This document shows positions 35,895 to 44,085 of a stretch of DNA of 51,088 nt, piece after piece. This DNA is from Bacillales bacterium UBA2450 (GTDB lineage Bacteria > Bacillota_I > Bacilli_A > RFN20 > CAG-826). The notes under the pieces were generated by a model. That model did no database searches and was not told where the DNA came from. It saw only the letters and a list, made by a program, of their open reading frames with translations. The stretch covers positions 46,891 through 97,978 of the forward strand of contig DDQE01000013.1 in the NCBI GenBank assembly GCA_002342545.1, read 5' to 3'. The position numbers and the translations under genes were made by a program. Each line of letters begins with the position of its first letter. Position 1 is the first letter of the stretch.

Positions 35895-38800
35895 TATTTG
35901 TCTTCCTTTCTTCTTTTAATAGAAATAATAACTAATAATGCTGTAAATAAACTTAATGACGATAATAAGATACTAGTAGAAGCAATATTTCCTCCACATC
36001 CACCAGTGGAAATAGGAACAACTTCACTACTATTTTTAACAGTAACTTTAAAAGAAGTCATACCGTTAATAACTACGTTATTTTTTCCTTCTTTAAATGC
36101 TGAGGAGTCAATTGTTAATACGTAATCATGAACATCATATTTAGAAGCATCTAAAGTTACGTTATTAACTGAAACTTCTTGAACAACAGTGACTCCAACA
36201 TAAACAGAGACATCTAATCCTACTTCAGTAGTGACATCTTTAATCACTAATTCTTGTTCGGCTTTATAGACTTGAACAGTTACAGTAATTGTGGACATAG
36301 AACCCACTACTTTAAAAATATAAGTACCATTATCAAGTAAGTTGAAATATTCTTCAGAGATATATAATTTGTCACTAGATTGATGATAATAACCAGGTTG
36401 AAGTTTAGTGTTATCTTTTGTAACGTTATAAACTTCGCTAACAAATTGAGAAATGCCTAAATCAATTTCTAATTCTCCATCCGTATAGTCATAAGTTTGT
36501 TCATCTTCAATTAAAGATAAATTTTTAAATGTCACTTTTGAAGAGAATACATTGACTCCAAAATAGCCCGCTAAAGGTTCATTATCTAATAATGTATAGC
36601 GAATAACTTCATTACCGTTAATTGAAATCGTTAATTCAGAGCCAACAGCTTTAATAGATAAAGAAACATTAGTAGAGATAACATCAACCGGATTACTTCT
36701 AGTTAATTCTCCATGAGTTGACCAAAGTTTCACCACTTTTTCATTAGAGTCGTAATTACAAACTAAATATGAAGACATATCTTTTTGGGCTCTAAAGACT
36801 AACGCGCCCGCAGTGCCGTAATTTATATCAAATGTACCAGTATAGGAGAAATCACTCGCGCTTTCTTCAGCTAAAATAAAGCCGTTTCCTGATTGTTTCT
36901 CACCGATTAAAGCGTTATTAGTCATTGACCAACTACCAGAAATTATATTGTCTTTATTAAATGTAAAGTCACTTTCAAAAGAAGCGTTATTGACTTTAAC
37001 TTCAATAATTTGTTCTTGTTCATCCGCACTCACTTTATAAGAGGCGGTACCTTCTTTAATAGCCGTTAATGAGATGCCGTTATCACTAACTACACCTTCA
37101 ACTGCACCAGTATTACTAACTTCTTTAATCTCAACACTAGATTCACCTGTATACCAGCATGAAACAAATTTAGAGGTTGTTAATTTTGTATCTAAAGTAA
37201 CATTAGTAGAAGAAACATATAAGGCTCCTTCTCCAGGTGCTTTTTCTTTTTGATAAGCAGATTTAATTTCATTAACTCTCAAATAGTTAACAATAGAGCA
37301 TTCAAGTACATCTTCTGTATCTTTATTATCTACTGGTCCGTCTACAAATAAAGACGCACCATTAGAACTAATATCAGCGGTAGTGACAAAATAGAATGGA
37401 ATAGAATAATCTTCGCAGAAAACTTCTAATCCACCATTATCATTTAAAACATAAAATGTTTTGGTGTCACTATCACCTAAGATATGAGAAGCATATTTGG
37501 TGTGCCAATCGATATTAGTGTTAATACCTTTATCATCGAGATAGGTTCTATCAACATAATATCCATCAGTTTCGTTCCAACCAAACTGCATATATTCATC
37601 TTCTCCAACATCAACTTTAAAAATAATTGGAGCGTTTTCTTTAATAGTTATAGAGGCTTCAAGTTCAAACGTATGAGAATGAACATCTTTTAATAAGTTA
37701 CCAGTTTGATAATCAATAGGTTCATTATTAAATTCAATCTTTTTAGATTCATCTCTATCTAAATGTTCATTATTCACAGTGATCGGTTTTTGAGATAATC
37801 TCATTTCTCCTTTAGAGTCGGTATAGATGCCATATTCTACAGGGGTGGTAAATCCTCCGTTCCATCTACCTCTTAAAGCAGCATATTCTCCTGGACCAGT
37901 ACAATATGGAGCATTTAAATCACCAGAGAACCAGTTGATGACAATGTCTTTACCATAATATTCACTAGTCGGATCACTAATATAGAAAGATTGAGATGCA
38001 TAAGAATCTGGACCAAAATCTAATGGTTTTAATTTAGCGTTCATTTCTTCTAAAGAATAAGTAGAAATATTCACTCCTTCTTCATCTACAAAGCGGAGAT
38101 CGCCATTATAAAATCCAATCGAGCCAAATAAATATGTTCTAGATTTATTAGTTAAATAAGTATGAGTAACTCCATCTTCATCTTCTAATTGACCAATACC
38201 AATACATTCAGGAGTTGGTAAGGCAAATTGTTGAGTGTAACGCCAATTAATTAAGTCTGTTGATTGCATTAACCAACCTTTATTAAGAGCGTAGCTACTT
38301 AAAGACATACCCCAAGTAGTAACTTTTCCACTTTCATCTTTTTCGGCTGGGAAGATTTTTGGATCTCTCCAGTCAATTTTACGATCATAATATGGAGTTC
38401 TTTCTCTTTGATAGATTGTATCTCTTTTAATCCATGTTAAACCTTCATCATCACTTGTGATGATCATTTGGTTTTGTGCTTCTTCATATCCTCCACATCT
38501 GTCTTCTGTATAAATCGCAAATAAGCCGTTACCATTTCCTTTAGGGAACCAGTTACGAGCATCAACTTCTGCGCTCATCCCTTTATAATAAGCAACCGCA
38601 CATCCTGACCACATATAAGAGATTGAACCATCATCATTATTCGATGGGAATAAACAAATAGGCATATATTCAAAATGAATTAAGTCTCTACTTCTTGCGT
38701 GTCCCCAATACATATCACTCCAAAGTAGGCCAAATGGGTTAGTTTGATAAAAGATATGATACCAACCGTTATAATAGACTAAAGCATTTGGGTCATTAGT

Positions 38801-39496
38801 CCATTTTGCAAATGGTTGGAAATGATATTGATTTCGATACGCTTCAGTAAAATAAGAATAATCACTTTTACCAGCTTGAATATCTTTTAAAGTCACTGCG
38901 CCATTAAAGACATTTAAGCCCACTTTACCAGCAACATAGTTGCCGTCTTTATTTAAATCAATTGTGGTGTCTCTAAATCTTCTTATACCTTCAACATATA
39001 TTTCTGTATAAGCATGTCCCTCTTCTATAGAAACCACAACTTTCATATTTACATTAGGAATAGTTCTTACTTGAGGATTAATATGTCTCCATTCTTGTTC
39101 AGTAACATTCCATCCTTCTGAAGTTTGATAATTATTACCAATAAAGTCACATGAATATAATTCATCCACTCGAGATTCGTTTAATCTAAAATCAAGTAAT
39201 TTAATGTGATTTTCTTTTCTATCTAAAGTAAGAACATAATAATGTTCATTTTCTACTCCACCAAAAACTAAGCCACCCGCTTGAGCGTCATCATGATAAT
39301 AGAGTTCACCAGTATAGACAAATCCTTCATCTGCACTAAATTCTTTATCTAATAAAATAAAGCCGTCTCCACTATTAGAGACACTTAAATCATCATAAGC
39401 TTGTAATAGAGAGGCTTCTTTATTTTCATTAAAAGAAATCGCGGCCCCTAGAATTAAAAATGAGCTAAACAATATAGGCAATAACTTATTTTTCAT
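35894..39496 (-). CDS. large multidomain GH32 fructanase (levanase/inulinase-like), secreted and C-terminally membrane-anchored
   Basis: 1200 aa with a signal peptide and an N-terminal LamG-like domain. The GH32 blocks are YHFQPFAKWTNDPNALVYYNGWYHIFYQTNP, WRDPKIF and PECIG. A Big_2-like domain, a second LamG-like domain and further beta-rich repeats follow. The C-terminus is STGGCGGNIAS, a TM helix and KRRKEDK. Confidence 0.9.
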   Translation of the reverse strand: MKNKLLPILFSSFLILGAAISFNENKEASLLQAYDDLSVSNSGDGFILLDKEFSADEGFVYTGELYYHDDAQAGGLVFGGVENEHYYVLTLDRKENHIKLLDFRLNESRVDELYSCDFIGNNYQTSEGWNVTEQEWRHINPQVRTIPNVNMKVVVSIEEGHAYTEIYVEGIRRFRDTTIDLNKDGNYVAGKVGLNVFNGAVTLKDIQAGKSDYSYFTEAYRNQYHFQPFAKWTNDPNALVYYNGWYHIFYQTNPFGLLWSDMYWGHARSRDLIHFEYMPICLFPSNNDDGSISYMWSGCAVAYYKGMSAEVDARNWFPKGNGNGLFAIYTEDRCGGYEEAQNQMIITSDDEGLTWIKRDTIYQRERTPYYDRKIDWRDPKIFPAEKDESGKVTTWGMSLSSYALNKGWLMQSTDLINWRYTQQFALPTPECIGIGQLEDEDGVTHTYLTNKSRTYLFGSIGFYNGDLRFVDEEGVNISTYSLEEMNAKLKPLDFGPDSYASQSFYISDPTSEYYGKDIVINWFSGDLNAPYCTGPGEYAALRGRWNGGFTTPVEYGIYTDSKGEMRLSQKPITVNNEHLDRDESKKIEFNNEPIDYQTGNLLKDVHSHTFELEASITIKENAPIIFKVDVGEDEYMQFGWNETDGYYVDRTYLDDKGINTNIDWHTKYASHILGDSDTKTFYVLNDNGGLEVFCEDYSIPFYFVTTADISSNGASLFVDGPVDNKDTEDVLECSIVNYLRVNEIKSAYQKEKAPGEGALYVSSTNVTLDTKLTTSKFVSCWYTGESSVEIKEVSNTGAVEGVVSDNGISLTAIKEGTASYKVSADEQEQIIEVKVNNASFESDFTFNKDNIISGSWSMTNNALIGEKQSGNGFILAEESASDFSYTGTFDINYGTAGALVFRAQKDMSSYLVCNYDSNEKVVKLWSTHGELTRSNPVDVISTNVSLSIKAVGSELTISINGNEVIRYTLLDNEPLAGYFGVNVFSSKVTFKNLSLIEDEQTYDYTDGELEIDLGISQFVSEVYNVTKDNTKLQPGYYHQSSDKLYISEEYFNLLDNGTYIFKVVGSMSTITVTVQVYKAEQELVIKDVTTEVGLDVSVYVGVTVVQEVSVNNVTLDASKYDVHDYVLTIDSSAFKEGKNNVVINGMTSFKVTVKNSSEVVPISTGGCGGNIASTSILLSSLSLFTALLVIISIKRRKEDK

Positions 39497-40838
39497 CTTT
39501 AACTTCCTCTAAACCGTATTTATAAATTGTCTTTCCGGTTTCTTTATCAAATAAATGGACATTTTTCCCTAAGAAAGAGACTTTAACTTTATCTCCACTA
39601 GTAAGTTCACTTCTTTCTTGAACAGTGACATTAAATTCAATTTCAGATCCATCTAACTTACATAAGATGTTTGTGGTATTTCCTAAAATCTCTACAAAAC
39701 TGACAGTCGCGTCAATTCCTTTATCACCTAAAACTAAGTGTTCACCTCTAATACCAAGAGTTAATTCTTTTTCTTCTCCAGAAATATATTCATCTTGGAT
39801 ATCTCTTAAATCCTTTAAAGAAATAGAAACTTCTTTATTATTTGGTAAAGTAATAACTACTTCTTTAGCTTTAGCAGTTAATTTCACATCAAAGAAGTTC
39901 ATTTGTGGGGTGCCAATAAAGCCCGCGACAAATGTATTCATTGGATTATCATAAATCTCACTAGGAGAACCAACTTGTTGGATAATTCCATCTTTCATAA
40001 CCACGATTCGATCACCCATCGTCATCGCTTCAATTTGGTCATGGGTAACATAAACAAATGTTGTTTTCACGCGTTTATGAAGTTTAACAATTTCACTACG
40101 CATAGACGCTCTTAATTTGGCGTCAAGATTAGACAATGGTTCATCAAGTAAGAAGACTTTTGGATCTCTTACTAAGGCTCTACCTAAAGCGACACGTTGT
40201 CTTTGTCCACCAGACATATCTGATGGTTTTCTATCTAATAAGTGCTTAATATCTAATATTTCAGCAGCCTTTTGTACTCTTTCATCAATTTCTTCTTTAG
40301 AGTAATGCACCATCTTCATTTTTGGTACACATTTATCGTTTTCCACTTTTTCTAATTCTTTAACTAGTGGTTCAACTTCTTCAGGAGTTTTAGCTTCTTT
40401 AATTTGTTTCTTTAGTAATTTGATTCGATCTTTATCCACTGTGTAAATTACATGGTGTTCTTTATCTAACGCTACTTTAGGAATTTTTCTTAACTTCAAA
40501 CCATAGGACATGTTTTGATAAGAATTCATATGTGGATATAAAGCGTAGTTTTGGAAAACCATCGCAATATTTCTTTTAGAAGCATCAACGTTATTTGAAT
40601 AAACATCACCAATATAAAGTTCACCACCAGTGATATCTTCTAATCCAGCGATCATTCTTAAAGTAGTAGATTTACCACATCCAGAAGGACCAACTAAAAC
40701 AACAAACTCTCCATCTTTTATTTCTAAATTAAAATCACGCACGGCAAAAGGAGATAAGTCACCTTCATTAATTTTCTTTGCCTCTTTCTTACTGTGTGTA
40801 TACTCTTTGTAAATATGCTTAAGTAAAATTGACGCCAT
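39486..40838 (-). CDS. msmK: sugar ABC transporter ATPase (MsmK/UgpC/MalK type) with a ~59-aa insertion
   Basis: It has Walker A GPSGCGKST, the Q-loop, the signature MSGGQRQR and Walker B FLLDEP. A MalK-type C-terminal regulatory domain is present. The insertion spans residues ~121-179. Confidence 0.9.
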   Translation of the reverse strand: MASILLKHIYKEYTHSKKEAKKINEGDLSPFAVRDFNLEIKDGEFVVLVGPSGCGKSTTLRMIAGLEDITGGELYIGDVYSNNVDASKRNIAMVFQNYALYPHMNSYQNMSYGLKLRKIPKVALDKEHHVIYTVDKDRIKLLKKQIKEAKTPEEVEPLVKELEKVENDKCVPKMKMVHYSKEEIDERVQKAAEILDIKHLLDRKPSDMSGGQRQRVALGRALVRDPKVFLLDEPLSNLDAKLRASMRSEIVKLHKRVKTTFVYVTHDQIEAMTMGDRIVVMKDGIIQQVGSPSEIYDNPMNTFVAGFIGTPQMNFFDVKLTAKAKEVVITLPNNKEVSISLKDLRDIQDEYISGEEKELTLGIRGEHLVLGDKGIDATVSFVEILGNTTNILCKLDGSEIEFNVTVQERSELTSGDKVKVSFLGKNVHLFDKETGKTIYKYGLEEVKDEK

Positions 40839-40865
40839 AAAAGACTCCTTTATTTGTTTGTGCTA

Positions 40866-40879
40866 TGGAAACGTTTCCA
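40866..40879. promoter_or_regulatory. operator O1 (perfect palindrome TGGAAACGTTTCCA) over the predicted transcription start
   Basis: It lies 5 nt downstream (minus-strand sense) of the -10 box. It matches the cre consensus WTGNAANCGNWNNCW. Confidence 0.55.
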
Positions 40880-40884
40880 CATAT

Positions 40885-40912
40885 ATTTTAATTAATTAAT
40901 AACCGCTGTCAA
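40885..40912 (-). promoter_or_regulatory. promoter of the fructan operon
   Basis: On the minus strand: TTGACA (40912-40907), a 16-nt spacer, TAAAAT (40890-40885). AGGAG SD lies 6 nt before the msmK ATG. Confidence 0.55.
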
Positions 40913-40919
40913 CATTTTT

Positions 40920-40935
40920 ATGGAAACGATTCCAT
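40920..40935. promoter_or_regulatory. operator O2 (ATGGAAACGATTCCAT) just upstream of the -35
   Basis: This is a near-palindromic copy of the O1 core, 7 nt from the -35 hexamer. Confidence 0.5.
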
Positions 40936-40952
40936 GAATAAACAAAATCACC

Positions 40953-40985
40953 AAAACAAAACAGAAGCGGTTTTCACCACTTCTG
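40953..40985 (-). terminator. rho-independent terminator of surface protein gene A
   Basis: On the minus strand: CAGAAGTGG-TGAAAA-CCGCTTCTG then TTTTGTTTT. It lies 30 nt after the stop and is homologous to the terminator at 45630-45661. Confidence 0.65.
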
Positions 40986-41015
40986 CCTGTATTAGATTAG
41001 TTTTTAACTAATTAA

Positions 41016-43463
41016 TTATTTTTGTTTCTTCTTTTTGAAGACTAATAAGGTTGTGAATGCAAGAGCACTAATAGCAGCGATAGCAATGACAATAATCATT
41101 GTATTGTTATCTGCACTTAAATCAGAATCAAATCTAATTGCACCACCAGAAACAGGGGATGGATTTCTTCCTATAAAGTCTGTGAATGATGCATCAAGTC
41201 CGGTAACAAAATATTTGCCAACAATGTAGTCATATTTTGCAAGTGCTTCTTCAACGATTTCTTTATCGGTTGAAGGTTCTTCATGATGGACAGCAAAGAT
41301 TTCTTTTAATTGTTCTTTGCCTTTTTCACTCACGCTTGCGTATTGGCCTTCTAATGTTGACCAAGCAGAAGCGGATGGTTTAGTTTTACCATTAGCATCA
41401 CATGTAATGTCGCTGATAATTTTATTTGCAAAAGCAACTGCTGTTGGATCTAATTCTATGGCTGGAGCATATAATTGAACTGCTGTTTGTCCCTTATAAG
41501 CCGCGAATCTTGGTGAACTGTGGTTCCATGCAATAAATCTATGACTATCACCATCTAATGCACAGTTCGTAATCTTAGCGTTGCCATTTTCGAATTCAAT
41601 TATCCAAGAAGAACTTTCACTAACATCTTCAACCAATCCGATATCAGCAGCGCCTTCTTTAATCCATGCAAGATATGTGTCTTCAGAACTCTTCAAAGCA
41701 AACGATCCTTCAACAGAGCCTTCTTCTAATACAAAATCAAAAACACTGTCTGGTGCATCTTCATAGAAGACATAGGAACCAATCTTATTAGCAACACCTG
41801 ATAATTGTGTTCCATCTGCTTCGCAAACGATAGCAACTGTGTCGCCAACAGAAACGCTATATACTTTTTCATAGGAACCAGAAACAACACTTACAACAGT
41901 GATATCTTTTGTAGAAGCTGTATATTCTTGTCCGTTAGAGTCTGTAGCATTTAATGTTAATTTTGCCTTACCTGGGCCAACAGCAGTGTAAGTATCACCA
42001 GAAACCGAGAACACTGCGGTATCAGATGATGTCCAAGTGTGAGAAGCAATTGTTGTGGAAGGTGCTTCTTCTGGTGCGGTCCAACTGAATGTTGCACTTG
42101 CACTTGCACCTTGTCTTAATAAAGTATCAGTAGGAGCAGTAATCGCTATTGTTCCACGAACAGGAGCATCTTCAATAACAGCCAATGAAACAGAATTATA
42201 TCCTGAACTTTCGGTTGTTTTTCCTTCGTAACAAGCAAAACGTGGTGTGCCAGAATTCCACCAAATTTCTCTAGTTGCCATTGCTACATTTGAAATAATC
42301 ATGTGATCATCATATGAAATAACAAACCAAGATGTATTATTGCTTTTTGATGCATTTGTAGCTAAAGAATTGCCTGATGTCCAAGATAAATAATTATCAC
42401 CATTTTTGAATGCAAAGGATCCGGTTTTGCTTCCTTCCTCAACGGTTAAAGCATAAGCACCAATTGGGCTGCCTGAATATGCTGTACCGATACCATATTT
42501 TGTGGAAGTATCACTAATGCCGGATAACTCCATGCTAGCTGCCTCTGAATACAGAGCAACATTGTCTCCAATAGCAAATTCATATTCGTTTGTAACATAG
42601 ATTTTTCCAGATTGAACGGAATATTCTTCATTATTACTATCGGTGGCATTTAAAGTTACGGTAACGACTCCTGGAGCAACACCAGTATATGTATTTCCGG
42701 AAATAGATAGAACTTCTGAATTAGATGACACCCAAGAATATGATTCTATTGTTGCAGAGCTTCCAGAAGCAGGTGTCCATGAATAAGAAAGTGAACCAGA
42801 TGCTTCAACATTAACTATAGGTGATGACAATTCATTGATTTCAATTTCACCACGAGGAGTTGAAGATTCATAATAAAAATTAACAGCAGTTAGTGTTAAA
42901 CACCCATTACTGGTTGAATGATTTGTAATATGTAAATTAACACGATAATAACTATCAGCCGCCCAAGAGGTTCCACTAGTTGGTTCAGCAATAGCAGTTC
43001 CACTTTTTGATCTGTCAAGCGTCACAGTACTAGTGGTGTCAATAATATCAGTAAAGTCTGCGTCTGAAGCAACTTCAACATCCCAAGTTACATCGGAGCT
43101 AACAGTATTAGCAACAACAACAACTTCAACTTTTGTTATATTTTGCGTTAAGGCAGTAGTTCCTTTAATATAGCCTTCTGTGATTTTGTCAGGATCATCT
43201 TTGTTTGACTTTTTAGCGCCAAACTTAAAATATTCCCATCCACCATTGTTGTTTTGGCCACCATAAATTTTATAGTTTCCATAACTATGCTCTTTCGAAT
43301 AGCCAGTACAGTTCGCAGTTTTAGCAGCTAAGTTACAAGAGTCTGCTAATGCTTCAGTTGCCTTTGCCACTTTAGCACTTCTACCGCCAACAGCGACTCC
43401 TACTCCGATTGCTAAAGCTAGACCAACGCTTAACCCAGCAATCTTTGAAAAAACTTTATTCAT
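41016..43463 (-). CDS. membrane-anchored surface protein, paralog A (internal duplication of a Big_2-like domain plus an unknown ~130-aa domain)
   Basis: 815 aa with signal peptide MNKVFSKIAGLSVGLALAIGVGVAVG. It has two repeats of SW(T)...LNATDSN... + ...PRFA.Y.G. The C-terminus is ADNNTMIIVIAIAAISALAFTTLLVFKKKKQK. Confidence 0.8.
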   Translation of the reverse strand: MNKVFSKIAGLSVGLALAIGVGVAVGGRSAKVAKATEALADSCNLAAKTANCTGYSKEHSYGNYKIYGGQNNNGGWEYFKFGAKKSNKDDPDKITEGYIKGTTALTQNITKVEVVVVANTVSSDVTWDVEVASDADFTDIIDTTSTVTLDRSKSGTAIAEPTSGTSWAADSYYRVNLHITNHSTSNGCLTLTAVNFYYESSTPRGEIEINELSSPIVNVEASGSLSYSWTPASGSSATIESYSWVSSNSEVLSISGNTYTGVAPGVVTVTLNATDSNNEEYSVQSGKIYVTNEYEFAIGDNVALYSEAASMELSGISDTSTKYGIGTAYSGSPIGAYALTVEEGSKTGSFAFKNGDNYLSWTSGNSLATNASKSNNTSWFVISYDDHMIISNVAMATREIWWNSGTPRFACYEGKTTESSGYNSVSLAVIEDAPVRGTIAITAPTDTLLRQGASASATFSWTAPEEAPSTTIASHTWTSSDTAVFSVSGDTYTAVGPGKAKLTLNATDSNGQEYTASTKDITVVSVVSGSYEKVYSVSVGDTVAIVCEADGTQLSGVANKIGSYVFYEDAPDSVFDFVLEEGSVEGSFALKSSEDTYLAWIKEGAADIGLVEDVSESSSWIIEFENGNAKITNCALDGDSHRFIAWNHSSPRFAAYKGQTAVQLYAPAIELDPTAVAFANKIISDITCDANGKTKPSASAWSTLEGQYASVSEKGKEQLKEIFAVHHEEPSTDKEIVEEALAKYDYIVGKYFVTGLDASFTDFIGRNPSPVSGGAIRFDSDLSADNNTMIIVIAIAAISALAFTTLLVFKKKKQK

Positions 43464-43482
43464 AAAAGTTTATTTCCTTTCT

Positions 43483-43498
43483 GCCGTATTTATACGGC
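43483..43498 (-). promoter_or_regulatory. 5' UTR hairpin abutting the SD of paralog A
   Basis: On the minus strand: GCCGTA-TAAA-TACGGC, immediately followed by AGAAAGGAAA and, 9 nt later, the ATG. Confidence 0.45.
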
Positions 43499-43928
43499 TA
43501 ACAAATTAAATAAAAACACGAATAGAAAGATGCTTTAGCTATTAACATCTAGAATTGGTTATATCTAATCTATACTTAATTATTTTACATTTTATGTAAT
43601 AGATAATCAAAAGAAAAAGGTGATAACTTATCGTCTCTTTCATTTTATTTGATTGCGTCAACTAATTTGATAATGTAGTTGGATTCCCTCTAACGCTTCC
43701 AGATATATGCTTTTCAGCATTAAATCTAGATAAGAATCCACCAAAGTTGTTATATTCTATTTCTTCGTTAACAAAATACCATGAACAATCTAAGGAAGCT
43801 GGTTTACTTTTCTTATTCATATAGCAATGTAATTACATCACAAATATTATTATTAAATATTCCTCAGTGTTGTTTTTTACTATATTGATTATATCAATAA
43901 GCTAATTTTTATCAATTTTCAAAACAAG

Positions 43929-43976
43929 ATAATCAGCGGTTTTTAATCATTTTTGTTAACTTTCCGCTGATTATCT
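43929..43976 (+). repeat. ATPase-cassette repeat, copy A (divergent)
   Basis: AATCAGCGG-N24-CCGCTGATTAT. It shares the exact 17-mer AACTTTCCGCTGATTAT with copies B and C. Confidence 0.7.
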
Positions 43977-43989
43977 GGAGAATTTTGTC

Positions 43990-44041
43990 ACATTTTCAGC
44001 GGTTTTCACACTTTTTTACCAACTTTCCGCTGATTATGTTG
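43990..44041 (+). repeat. ATPase-cassette repeat, copy B
   Basis: ACATTTTCAGCGGTTTTCACACTTTTTTACCAACTTTCCGCTGATTATGTTG. It has 4 mismatches to copy C over 52 nt and ends 44 nt before the ATPase ATG. Confidence 0.8.
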
Positions 44042-44085
44042 ATTCAGATTTTGAATTAATATATTATTAAATCGGAGGAAGAATT

